Position numbers and translations under genes: made by a program
In this document: piece by piece, positions 1-9,645 of the stretch
Layout of the letters: each line of letters opens with the position of its first letter
Position numbering within the stretch: position 1 is the stretch's first letter
Source of the DNA: a virus
Lineage: Duplodnaviria > Caudoviricetes
Virus record (IMG/VR): IMGVR_UViG_2895548450_000001
Coordinates: 1 to 64,000 of that record
DNA length: 64,000 nucleotides
Strand: one strand, 5' to 3'
Notes under the pieces: model-generated
What the model saw: the letters and a program-made list of their open reading frames with translations, nothing else
What the model was told of the DNA's origin: nothing
Databases searched by the model: none

Positions 1-342
1 TTACTTTTCTTTTGTTGGTGGTTGAGGTTCTGGCTCTGGCTCTGGTGTTGGGTCTGGGGCCGGCTTCTCAGCTTCAGCTTCCTTACGCTTTGCTTCCGCC
101 TCTGCTTTCTCAGCTTCTCGCCTTTCCCTCAGTTCGATTTCCACTTCGTTCGATATCGCTTCGATATACCATTGCAGGGATTCGATATCACTTTTGAACC
201 CCGCCTCGATCAAACCAACAACGTTATCGTCGATTTTATTTTCAGTGAATTTTGCCGCAAGCTTTAACAAGAACAAAACCATATGTCGTGTCAGCAATGC
301 GGCACCAAAGTTTCTAAAAAGAAGTATTAGTGCGGCTTTCAT
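1..342 (-). CDS. Lysis-cassette-associated small protein (hydrophobic N-terminus, charged/Pro-rich tail)
   Basis: Follows the endolysin; GGAG RBS; hydrophobic N-terminal helix; stop at 1-3. Function inferred from position only. Confidence 0.5.
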   Translation of the reverse strand: MKAALILLFRNFGAALLTRHMVLFLLKLAAKFTENKIDDNVVGLIEAGFKSDIESLQWYIEAISNEVEIELRERREAEKAEAEAKRKEAEAEKPAPDPTPEPEPEPQPPTKEK

Positions 343-361
343 GTTGTAGCTCCAATTATCG

Positions 362-931
362 TCAATCTCTAAGCGTGATACGCTTGTTTATCCAACCAAA
401 CACGAACGTCTCGTCCGTCTCTCTGGATTCTGCCAGTTCTAAGTAATAGGCCCCCTGTAAACAATTGAGCGCTTTTAATATAACAGGTTCGGCTAAGGCT
501 TTACGATATGCGAAGTAAAGCTGCAAGGCCTTAAGTGTTTTGCTACCAAATACCCCATCTACCTTTATATCTATGTAGATGGTTTGCATCTTATTGAAAG
601 CATTCAACGCACGCTGTAAGAACTTAATCCCTGTCCCCGTGCCAAGGTTAACCCCAGCTTCAAATACCTCCCACGCTATCTCTGGGCTTACTGCAGCCAA
701 CTCCGAGATACGAGGACCAAACCAATAGGTCTGTAAGTATATTTCTCGGGCTTTGGATTGAGGCATATCTTTCATATCCCCAGTGTAACCGTGAGCGCGT
801 GCAACCTTTTCAGTAATCCCCCAGTTGGTGGGGCCACCTTTATCGTGAGGGTTATCGACATACCCCGCTTCTAGTTTCACGATTTGCGCCACGTAAGCCT
901 GAACTCGGGGGTCCGCTGAGTAGTTAGCCAT
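362..931 (-). CDS. Endolysin, glycoside hydrolase family 108 with C-terminal peptidoglycan-binding domain
   Basis: EAGYVDNPHDKGGPTNWGIT is the GH108 catalytic motif; VDGVFGSKT and FVFGWINKRI are typical of the PG-binding tail. Start set at ATG 931 (MANYS). Confidence 0.9.
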   Translation of the reverse strand: MANYSADPRVQAYVAQIVKLEAGYVDNPHDKGGPTNWGITEKVARAHGYTGDMKDMPQSKAREIYLQTYWFGPRISELAAVSPEIAWEVFEAGVNLGTGTGIKFLQRALNAFNKMQTIYIDIKVDGVFGSKTLKALQLYFAYRKALAEPVILKALNCLQGAYYLELAESRETDETFVFGWINKRITLRD

Positions 932-1382
932 TTTTAGCCTCTGAATTTCGTTGTTTTGAAATCTCATCCAACCTAGAAAGTATCTTCGTTTGCTGAGTGT
1001 TAGCGTTGGTTAGGTGTTGGATTATTAAACTTTGGTCCGATTCCAGTTTCGAAAGTCGGTGATTAATACCAGATAAGGCTTGGTCGATATGCTGCTTGTT
1101 GAATTCAAGCTTTTCATTGACGCGTTCTTCTCGAGGGTGGGCCAACGCAACGTGCTCTTTGAAAGCGGCGAGTTCACCAGATACTTTATTAACCGCGGAG
1201 GTTGCTGCAGTGTGATTACTGTTTACTGCGTCCCATAAATTTTTATTATTTTGTGAAGCGCTGTCTTTATCACTTTTAATATCAGACTTAAGACCCGAAA
1301 TTATAAACAGCGCTACAGTTACGGCTATACCCGTAACCGTTGCTACTACGCCTAAAAGCGCAAGCAAACTTGTTGAGTCCAT
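924..1382 (-). CDS. Membrane-anchored coiled-coil protein, possible holin/lysis accessory
   Basis: Single N-terminal TM helix then heptad-like coiled coil; overlaps endolysin start. Confidence 0.5.
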   Translation of the reverse strand: MDSTSLLALLGVVATVTGIAVTVALFIISGLKSDIKSDKDSASQNNKNLWDAVNSNHTAATSAVNKVSGELAAFKEHVALAHPREERVNEKLEFNKQHIDQALSGINHRLSKLESDQSLIIQHLTNANTQQTKILSRLDEISKQRNSEAKNG

Positions 1383-1383
1383 C

Positions 1384-1779
1384 TTAGTACCCCAGAAACT
1401 TCAAACATGAGAGATTTATACCAAGTGAACAACAAATAATTAGAACCCAAAGCCCAAAATAAGAAATACGGGCTTTGAGCGTTCTAATAGAAAAATAAGA
1501 TAAGTCTGTTGAGCGTGTTTTAAAATTCAGGAACTTCCTGTAATCACCGCTCTTTTCTGCCGCTAAAAAGGATTCAAGTATTTGAGAAACACTATCCTCG
1601 TAACTAACGTCTAACAGAACTGAAGTAAAAGGGTATCGGCCTTTCTTGACGGCCATAGGCGAACAGATGAATAAAGCGACAAGCTTCCGCCGTTCGTTGA
1701 AGATTTTTATAACTTCACTTTCGGTAGGGATTTGCTCAATTTTCAAATCGAGCTTAGAGGGATCGAGAATGCCCATCAT
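1384..1779 (-). CDS. Hypothetical protein with C-terminal TM segment
   Basis: ORF preceded by the AATTGACGAT motif and a sigma70-like promoter; hydrophobic C-terminus. Confidence 0.55.
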   Translation of the reverse strand: MMGILDPSKLDLKIEQIPTESEVIKIFNERRKLVALFICSPMAVKKGRYPFTSVLLDVSYEDSVSQILESFLAAEKSGDYRKFLNFKTRSTDLSYFSIRTLKARISYFGLWVLIICCSLGINLSCLKFLGY

Positions 1780-1817
1780 GCCGCCTAAGTATCGTCAATT
1801 AGCCTAATTTTCAATCA

Positions 1818-1846
1818 AGGATACTACCCTTATAGCTGAGTGTAAA
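1818..1846 (-). promoter_or_regulatory. Sigma70-like promoter for the lysis cassette
   Basis: TTTACA-17 nt-TATCCT on the minus strand, followed by AAAATT. Confidence 0.5.
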
Positions 1847-1875
1847 CTTACAATAGCCATCCTTGGCCAGTATTA

Positions 1876-4800
1876 TTAAACCCCTAAGCTTGGCTGAACG
1901 TAGGCACTCACCGAAGCGGCCCCTTGCGTAGATAAAGCTTCACTTGTGGAGTAAACCACTACACCTCGCCCATCCCCACTTATATATAGAACAACAGCTA
2001 CATCGAAAGGCTCCTTAGCGCTTTTAGGTTGGAAGTCTCCAAAGCGGCAATGGGCCTCGGAACCTTCGAACACAATAGCGGAACTATCAGAGTCTATTTT
2101 TGCTTTCTCCGTAGAACTATAAATAATGACTTCTAACTTACTAATATTGTTAGGGGCGGATTCGAAATCGATACATCCTTCAGCATCAACCACTAGGCCG
2201 AGATCACTTCCTGGGCGTAGCTTGATAATTTCACGGTTCGCCCTGCCAGGGTAAATCATAAGGTTCCCATCTGTAACCAGTTCGAATGGTACCGAGTCAA
2301 TCAACTCCAAGATACTACCGTCAAACGTGAAAGCAGCTACCGCGATAGAAACCGTTTTAGCTGTGCTTCGGTTCCCTTCAGTATCAATCGCTACAACACT
2401 AAAGGTTAGGGTCTGGGCGTCATTCTCACTCGGGGCAATAAATTCCGGCGTGGCCGTGGTGGAATTTACTAAAGTAACGGTGTCCCCCGCTGTCTGCGTC
2501 CACTCATAGCTGGCAATAGGATGAGACCCAGCCGTACTTTGTGACGCATCCAAGTAAACAGTCTCCCCCGACTGAACGGATTGATTTGGTCCTAGAACCA
2601 CGGTTGGGGGGGTTATTTCCAAAGGAAGAACTACAACGTCTACCTCTCGGCTTCCTACTGCTTGGTCATCGTCAGTAACTGTTACACGTAGTTTTGCAGT
2701 TTGCTGGTTACTACTGCTAAAGGCTGTGACGTTAGTTGTTGCAGAATTAGGATTAGATATTGTTACGCTACCAGCACCATTATTTACTTGCTCCCACAGA
2801 TAGCTACTTATTGTACCATCTGTATCTACGGCATTTGCGGTAACTGTGAACTGCTCCCCTGCCTCGACAGTGGTTTTAGAGGCGGTAATCGTTACCGTTG
2901 GGGCTGCGTTACTACCCTCGGTAATATAAAAAGTAGCACTTGCTATAACAGAGTCGGTTCCGTCAGAAACCGTACACCGAACCGCGATATTCGCGTCCTC
3001 GGCTTCGGCCAAAAAGCTTGTACTTGCAGAATTAGGATCAGCTATTGTAATTGCTGGCGCACCGTTGCTTAACTGTTCCCAAAAATAGGTCAGCGTATCA
3101 CCATCTAGGTCTTCCGCTTCACACACTAACGGAACAGTTGAGTTCGGCGCATAGTCAATGTTTGTACCTGTAATCGTAGCCGTTGGTCTATTGTTGCTTA
3201 CACTTAGCGTGTTGCTATAAGTAACGACTTCTGCAGATTCAATCCTAATTGAATCATCATTAACTGATGGGTTAGTAAACTTATAACCCACTTTCATGGG
3301 TGCAGTTAAGTCTACATCTGTTAAATAATGCTTTGTGGTTCTTGATACGCCATCTAACACATACGCTATTTTTTCTTTAGGTAAAATTCTTATGCCGTAA
3401 GTGTGAGCAGAGCGAACCGTTTCTTCACCATTATTTAAGTCACCTCGTCCTATAAAACCGATTACTTTACGAGACCATTCCTGCTCTATTGCCCCGCCAT
3501 CAGATTGACGTTGGAATAGCATACGGGTAGAAGGCTCGGCAGAATCGGGCCATAAAAGGCTGATTTGGTTTAGCGGAGCATCGATATTATCAAAGAAGCC
3601 GACCGCCCCCCTCAAATCTTCTGGCCCGTTTTTACCTTGCCGATGAAACACCAAATCCACTACGTCATGGTCTGATAACGTAATTGTGTCACCTTCCCAA
3701 ATTGCACTACCTAACGCCGGAACGGTCTGGTGAATTTGCCCTTCGATAAGGCTGGCCGCAGTATTTAAAGTGAAATCTGAAACTTCGCTATAAGAATGCA
3801 GAACATTTCGTGAGCTATGAGGGTAAAGTAATTGCCAATCGGCGCTAACGTCTTCAATTTGAGCGATAGCACAGGAAGTTACGTCACCTTGTTGCAACGC
3901 CTTGTAGACAGCGTATCTCTCTCCATTAGGCCCAGTGTAAGGCATTTCTTTAAAGTGATGAATTTCGAGTTGGTCATATTCACCGTCACCGCCTCGCTCT
4001 ATAAACGCGTTAGGTACAGAAACGATATTAAATTCGTCATCAACTAATACCTCTACCGGACGCGAATAGTTATCTTGGCCACCCCCTACTACGTCTGGAC
4101 GGGCCATAATTACCATGCGCCAGTAGCTGCCCGCTGGCTTGATAGACCCTACATCCCATAATATCCAAATCCATTCAGTTCCAGACGGAAAATCTGGAAT
4201 AAAATCATTAAGTTCTCCTTGAAATCTACCCCATATTTTAAGGCGCTCAAAATTAACAAAATCATCCGTGCCCCAAATAGCTTGCCCAGGTGAACGACCT
4301 AAATCACCACCGCCGTGCGTGCTGTTAGCTAAATACTGAAAAGGTATATGCGGCATCGGATTTACTGTTATATTTAAATAACCTGTATGACCATCGCCCT
4401 GCTCGTATTTAGGGTTGTAAGTAACGACAGACCGGTCAGATAGCGTAAAATCAATACCGTTTGTTGACGTTGCTGAATGTGTATTCTGAACCGCTACTGG
4501 GTACTCGTTGTTAGGGTTACTCTGTGTCGTGGTATGGTAGTACATATGTAATGTACCATTTAGCATATCTACGGTTGGCGTTTCTGTTTGGTTGTGGCTT
4601 GGGTCTTGGTATATGGGTTCGTTTTTTTGAACTATATGGTCAAACTCAGGACGATTTGAAATCTGATTCCACTCTAACCATGCGTTAGGGTCTGTAATTG
4701 GGCCAACATCGCTATCCCACAGCCTTGCAAACACACCGCCTTTGCCGGTTGCGTGGTCCGTAGACGAATAAATAATCATAGGGTATCGAGCACTAGGCCA

Positions 4801-5454
4801 CCCTACAATTCTCGATGTCTCAAAAGGATGGAACCAAAATTCTTCAGTCGCCCCCGCTGACGTTAATAAGCTGTGGTTATTAAATAAAATCCCCAGTTTA
4901 GTTAAGTTTAACTTGTTTGCATTAAATGTTTGAACCGGCTCACTCGGCGTAAGTACACGATTTGTTTCATACCCCGTAGCGTCAAATCTTACGCCAGAAA
5001 AGGTTCCATCCTCGTAAGTAGAATCTGTGTGCGTTTTAAATTTTTCATCATCTACATACGCGACGATTTCATCACCGAAAGCCCTGACTTTTAAGTTTAT
5101 AGTGTTAGAAAGCCCGTCTAAATTGCGCTCGTAAATAATATCACCGGAACCGTTTACGTATTTAACCAGCCTAGTCTTACCACTGGAAGATAGGTTAACT
5201 ATAAGTGCCCAATAATTTTGAGAATCAACGCCCCTAAATATTAAACCACAGTAACCGCTACTACCCCCTGTACGTGTAATGGTCGTTTCCCATACGTTTT
5301 CACTTAAACTAGGCCATACGATTCGACTGTTTGCTACATCAGTCGAGGTTTTTAATAACCCATTGGTAATATCAAAACTACCCGTCCAAACCTGCGAGTT
5401 TGGAATTGCGCTTAATGCTGGCCCATCAGGGTAACTAAATGTTTCTAAAGCCAT
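1876..5454 (-). CDS. Large virion-associated carbohydrate-binding/hydrolase protein (lectin-like, beta-propeller-like, PKD/Ig-like repeats)
   Basis: Three PKD/K319L-like repeats (DLDGDTLTYFWEQ, DTDGTISSYLWEQ, IASYEWTQTAG); central region resembles a GH43/32-like propeller (YSSTDH, TETPTV, LHMYYH). Confidence 0.6.
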   Translation of the reverse strand: MALETFSYPDGPALSAIPNSQVWTGSFDITNGLLKTSTDVANSRIVWPSLSENVWETTITRTGGSSGYCGLIFRGVDSQNYWALIVNLSSSGKTRLVKYVNGSGDIIYERNLDGLSNTINLKVRAFGDEIVAYVDDEKFKTHTDSTYEDGTFSGVRFDATGYETNRVLTPSEPVQTFNANKLNLTKLGILFNNHSLLTSAGATEEFWFHPFETSRIVGWPSARYPMIIYSSTDHATGKGGVFARLWDSDVGPITDPNAWLEWNQISNRPEFDHIVQKNEPIYQDPSHNQTETPTVDMLNGTLHMYYHTTTQSNPNNEYPVAVQNTHSATSTNGIDFTLSDRSVVTYNPKYEQGDGHTGYLNITVNPMPHIPFQYLANSTHGGGDLGRSPGQAIWGTDDFVNFERLKIWGRFQGELNDFIPDFPSGTEWIWILWDVGSIKPAGSYWRMVIMARPDVVGGGQDNYSRPVEVLVDDEFNIVSVPNAFIERGGDGEYDQLEIHHFKEMPYTGPNGERYAVYKALQQGDVTSCAIAQIEDVSADWQLLYPHSSRNVLHSYSEVSDFTLNTAASLIEGQIHQTVPALGSAIWEGDTITLSDHDVVDLVFHRQGKNGPEDLRGAVGFFDNIDAPLNQISLLWPDSAEPSTRMLFQRQSDGGAIEQEWSRKVIGFIGRGDLNNGEETVRSAHTYGIRILPKEKIAYVLDGVSRTTKHYLTDVDLTAPMKVGYKFTNPSVNDDSIRIESAEVVTYSNTLSVSNNRPTATITGTNIDYAPNSTVPLVCEAEDLDGDTLTYFWEQLSNGAPAITIADPNSASTSFLAEAEDANIAVRCTVSDGTDSVIASATFYITEGSNAAPTVTITASKTTVEAGEQFTVTANAVDTDGTISSYLWEQVNNGAGSVTISNPNSATTNVTAFSSSNQQTAKLRVTVTDDDQAVGSREVDVVVLPLEITPPTVVLGPNQSVQSGETVYLDASQSTAGSHPIASYEWTQTAGDTVTLVNSTTATPEFIAPSENDAQTLTFSVVAIDTEGNRSTAKTVSIAVAAFTFDGSILELIDSVPFELVTDGNLMIYPGRANREIIKLRPGSDLGLVVDAEGCIDFESAPNNISKLEVIIYSSTEKAKIDSDSSAIVFEGSEAHCRFGDFQPKSAKEPFDVAVVLYISGDGRGVVVYSTSEALSTQGAASVSAYVQPSLGV

Positions 5455-5465
5455 TCTTTGTCTCT

Positions 5466-8363
5466 CTATACTGTAATTGAAATTGTGTTAGACCATGCTC
5501 CTACGAGCGCACCGTTTAGGCATCGGCATCTGATCTGATATGTGCCTGAAGAAAAGTTAAGTGAACGTTTGAAACAACCAACTACACCAGGTAAACCAGT
5601 GTTAGGAACGTCTAAGGTTGACCAACTAGAGCCGCTATCGCTTGATATTTGAAATTCAATATCGGTCATAGCTGCACGGCAAAGGTCTTTCATTGTGGGG
5701 TAAGTTTTTAGAACGTGAACAAGCTTTGAGCGTATTCTTACAGGGCTATAAGTGCTGTAGGTACCAAACCCTTTAGGCTGATTTTGTAACTGCTCGGTAG
5801 AAACACAGCGAACACCATCAACCGCACAGTTCCATATTTCTATGTAAGGACTAGAGTGGCTTGGTGAAAATACTTCACGGACTCCCGAAGTTCTAACAAA
5901 CTCGGTATTAGCAACCGTAGCTGAACCTTTAGAGTGGGTACGAAGCATCTTACAAGCACCTTCGTAACGTGAGTAGTTTATTTCAGATCGTTTTTTTAAG
6001 TCGGTCACTGAGTCAGAACCGTTCTTCAAATCGCATCCGTAAATGTTTACAGAGTATTTGAACGCTTCTTCACCGTGATAATCGCCGTTAACAACAAAAC
6101 AATCAGAGTTACCAAACCGGCTGTTATAGTTTCCAAAATTAGACTCTAGCAGTAAGTCAACATCACAAAAATGTAGTTGCTGCTCTTTTACGAAAGGTCC
6201 ATACAAGTCACCTGCTACGGCTGTCTGCCATGTCTCGTGTCGGCCTTCATACCCACCAATGAAATCCATTTTGTAGACTTCTAATGATTTAGCGCCACGA
6301 AGGTTAATTCCGTTTCTACGGTCTCTAACGGTTACGTTTTCAGCCAGATAGTGAGCATTAGCATTTGAACCTCTATACCCGTCACGTTCATTCTGTTCGA
6401 GAACCCCAGATAAGTAAATATCAGCGGTATACAGGTCTTTTAGTCGTGTTACAGGCAACACATCAAACATCAAATTAACGTCGTTACCGTTAACCGTAGC
6501 ACTCAACTGCGGAACTGCGGGTGTTTCGGTTCTTAGTAGCTTTCGCACATATATGTTTTTTACGTTACCTTTGTAACCGTTGGCTGTAACTTGAACTTGT
6601 GTTGCGTTGGCTGGCGCACGAATAAGCCATACTTCTGTGCCTTCTAAACTATGGCTGTACTGTCCTACGGCACTACCGATTTTCGGTGTGACTGAACCAC
6701 TTTTTCTATCAACCAGTTTCAAAGAGATTTGATAGACTTCACCGACTTCAAAATTGTAGTTGGCGCTTAAAGAGTTACTTGTGCTGTTCGCATAGTAGTT
6801 ACTGCCGCTTTTAGTCCATCCTGTACCGCTAAACGCATCAGGTTGAACTACTTTCGCACCTACCTCTGGCGAAGGCAGTATTTTAAATCGGTGCATGTAG
6901 ATAAAGCTTTCAGTGCTGTATCTGAAATAATCAATGGCTTCTTCGCCTGGGTCTAAATGCAACCAAGCGTCTAAAGGCATATAGCGCAAAGAACCGTCTT
7001 CAGTAGGTACTATTCTCGCGCCGCTAGGTAGGTCAATCTGGCTAGAAAACGCATTTTCAGCACCCTGTACCGAAACTGCATTATCCATTTGAGGGATGTG
7101 CATATACGGTAGTGCAAGCGTTTTGTTAGCGTATACTGGCAACACATCGTCTGTAACGGTAGCCTTTACACCACGCCAGCTTTCTCCTTCTGTGAGAACT
7201 ACGGTTTCATTGTATAATTCACCGTTCACCGTAACGTTGTTTAAAATAAATGTACTCGCACCACGAGCGTACACAAACGGTAAAGGGGCAAGTGCTTTAT
7301 AGTCTCCACCGTTAATTGTGATGGTAGAACCCGCATGACCTACGATTACGCCTAAGCCACTGGTTTCATCTAAGTTGCAACCGCAGTTATTTAGTTCACC
7401 GTCTTTTTTAAATTCGTAGGCAAAACCATCACCCTGTATTCTTCGCGTCCATGAGACCATACAGTCACGGGCCGCAGAGGTTTCAGAGAAGTGAATACCT
7501 TTACAGTCGTAAGTTGACGTTAAACCCTTAACATCCACAGGACATTCAAACCTAAAACCTTCGTCACTAAAACCTTGAGTATCAACGTAACGAATAATAG
7601 CTTTAGAACCCTGCTCCAAGTGAACACCGATAAAAGGTATAGGATTTTCGGCAAAAAGATTATTCTCGTTTACAATCTTGCCGCCTACGATTTCTATTTC
7701 AGAGTGCCCGACCCTTACAGCAATGCCAATGTCACCTGATCCGGTAATATCGAACCCTTGCATTGATATATTGCTAGAGCCTAGGGGGATAATGAGTGCT
7801 TTAAGCTTTGTTTTAATCCACGTTAAGCTTCGTAAAACCCAATCAAACATACGATACCCGCCTGTATTTATCAGTCCTGCGTTACTTAAAATGGCACCGT
7901 GAATTTCAGTACCACGATTGTCTTTGGTGAGCGTTAAAAAGTTTTGTGAGTCTTTAAGCTTTACACTGTAAAAGCGGTGATAATCCGCACTAAGCAAAAT
8001 AAACTCAGACGGCGCATTAACGATCCACGGCGAGCGGTTTTCAAGGCTTGTATCAATTTCACTTTCGCCCACTTGTAGGCCGAAGTAAAACGAGAACCAT
8101 GCGCCCTCGGTTGCTTCATCAATGTCGAAATTCCAAGGTGCAGTTCTTGGTATCCAGTCGCGTATTTCAGACGGGTGAGACCCTATATAGAAATTATCAC
8201 CGCGCTCTATTCGATAGTTCGGGTTCTCCCCGTCACTATCGCTATATATGCGGTGATAAACTCCATTTATATCTTGAACAGGGTTACATTCCGCCCAGTC
8301 TTCACCTTGCGTCCACCCATCCGCAGTTTTTAAATTCACATCAAATAAACGATTAATACTCAC
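5466..8363 (-). CDS. Tailspike/depolymerase-like protein with parallel beta-helix regions
   Basis: Repeating beta-helix-like patterns (GFSDEGFRF, GSDSVTDLK, GACKMLRTH); located in the RBP cluster. Confidence 0.55.
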   Translation of the reverse strand: MSINRLFDVNLKTADGWTQGEDWAECNPVQDINGVYHRIYSDSDGENPNYRIERGDNFYIGSHPSEIRDWIPRTAPWNFDIDEATEGAWFSFYFGLQVGESEIDTSLENRSPWIVNAPSEFILLSADYHRFYSVKLKDSQNFLTLTKDNRGTEIHGAILSNAGLINTGGYRMFDWVLRSLTWIKTKLKALIIPLGSSNISMQGFDITGSGDIGIAVRVGHSEIEIVGGKIVNENNLFAENPIPFIGVHLEQGSKAIIRYVDTQGFSDEGFRFECPVDVKGLTSTYDCKGIHFSETSAARDCMVSWTRRIQGDGFAYEFKKDGELNNCGCNLDETSGLGVIVGHAGSTITINGGDYKALAPLPFVYARGASTFILNNVTVNGELYNETVVLTEGESWRGVKATVTDDVLPVYANKTLALPYMHIPQMDNAVSVQGAENAFSSQIDLPSGARIVPTEDGSLRYMPLDAWLHLDPGEEAIDYFRYSTESFIYMHRFKILPSPEVGAKVVQPDAFSGTGWTKSGSNYYANSTSNSLSANYNFEVGEVYQISLKLVDRKSGSVTPKIGSAVGQYSHSLEGTEVWLIRAPANATQVQVTANGYKGNVKNIYVRKLLRTETPAVPQLSATVNGNDVNLMFDVLPVTRLKDLYTADIYLSGVLEQNERDGYRGSNANAHYLAENVTVRDRRNGINLRGAKSLEVYKMDFIGGYEGRHETWQTAVAGDLYGPFVKEQQLHFCDVDLLLESNFGNYNSRFGNSDCFVVNGDYHGEEAFKYSVNIYGCDLKNGSDSVTDLKKRSEINYSRYEGACKMLRTHSKGSATVANTEFVRTSGVREVFSPSHSSPYIEIWNCAVDGVRCVSTEQLQNQPKGFGTYSTYSPVRIRSKLVHVLKTYPTMKDLCRAAMTDIEFQISSDSGSSWSTLDVPNTGLPGVVGCFKRSLNFSSGTYQIRCRCLNGALVGAWSNTISITV

Positions 8364-9645
8364 TAACAGGTATCCTTATTTTTATCGATTCAACCGTCAT
8401 ACTTCCAGTAATGCCGTTGTTTCTTCGTTTGAAATAAATACGCTCGGCGTTAGTAAGAAAACGATAAGGTTCGGCTGCGTAAACAACATTTGGAGCGCTG
8501 TTTGAAATAGTAATAGCCATATCGCGGTTTATGCTGTGAACAACTAAGATTATTTCAAAACTGTAATCATCATAATCGTCACCAAAAAACCTAAGCGCAT
8601 CGGTAGAACCCTCTGCGTTATTTACGGAATAGTTGCGAAAGTTATTAGAGTCTTGCGTCCAGCTAAGACCCATGTAATTAGGCGTTTGAGGTGTTATATC
8701 TTCGCTATACCAGTAACCGTCAGCTTTCTGGTAAAAGGTTCTGAATGGGCTTTTTAGTGTGCCAAACGCAACATCAAAATAGCCGTTTAAAGAACGATAG
8801 TAAGAACGGTCTGCATCTAATGTGGCCCATGAATTATCAAGTTCAATGTAGTCAATAATCCCTTCAAAATACTCGCTGTTGAACTCCCCTATTTTGTACA
8901 GCGGGTCTTCTTCGAGGATTGTAGTCTCATACTCATGCCACTGATGGTTAGTCAACGTTGGGTTGTTGGGTAAACCATTACCGCCTGCCCCCATAGGATA
9001 AACCCTAAGCTTTATGTCCCCTGAGTAAGCAGAGTTAAGGCGTATGATTGTACCCCTCTGAAATATCGCGAACTTTCGTGAGCCTATAACAGTCGGAATA
9101 GTTATCCATCTATCGGTTAGTGAAATATGCACCAATCCGCGCACATCATCGTAACGAATTTGAGGTTCGTTATTAGGGGAATCTTCGGGTAACACCTCGG
9201 TCTTTTTAAGCGTTGGGTAATCACTCAAAATATGCGTAAGGCTTGGGTTCTGGCGTACGGGAGGGCTTTCAGCTACTTGAGTATTCAAGTAAACAATAGC
9301 TTGCTCTATCGCCGCTTGTAGTGGCCCTGCGGGGTTATCAATCGAATCAATTAAGGTTTGGTACGCCAAACGGTTCGCCTCTACTGCGGAGAGGTAAGTA
9401 TCAGGGTCCCCTAGAGGTATTACCCGAGCAGCAACACCGTCAACGTTCGCGTGTGGCCATGGTTTCGTTAGTGTCAAGGTCCGCGCATTAGAATCACTTT
9501 CTAACACCGTGACCGGCACGGTGTAGCCCTCGATAAATAGCTGGCTGTTTTCTTTTACGGAGAAGTTAGATTCGCCAGCGTTGATCTGAACAACAGATTC
9601 ATTCTGATTTACCGTTACCGAAGTGAAATCTCGAATATAACTCAT
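8353..9645 (-). CDS. Tail fibre / receptor-binding protein
   Basis: Directly after the J-like gene; N-terminus (TLTLTKPWPH) resembles fibre attachment domains; FEGIIDYIEL is LamG-like. Confidence 0.6.
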   Translation of the reverse strand: MSYIRDFTSVTVNQNESVVQINAGESNFSVKENSQLFIEGYTVPVTVLESDSNARTLTLTKPWPHANVDGVAARVIPLGDPDTYLSAVEANRLAYQTLIDSIDNPAGPLQAAIEQAIVYLNTQVAESPPVRQNPSLTHILSDYPTLKKTEVLPEDSPNNEPQIRYDDVRGLVHISLTDRWITIPTVIGSRKFAIFQRGTIIRLNSAYSGDIKLRVYPMGAGGNGLPNNPTLTNHQWHEYETTILEEDPLYKIGEFNSEYFEGIIDYIELDNSWATLDADRSYYRSLNGYFDVAFGTLKSPFRTFYQKADGYWYSEDITPQTPNYMGLSWTQDSNNFRNYSVNNAEGSTDALRFFGDDYDDYSFEIILVVHSINRDMAITISNSAPNVVYAAEPYRFLTNAERIYFKRRNNGITGSMTVESIKIRIPVSEY

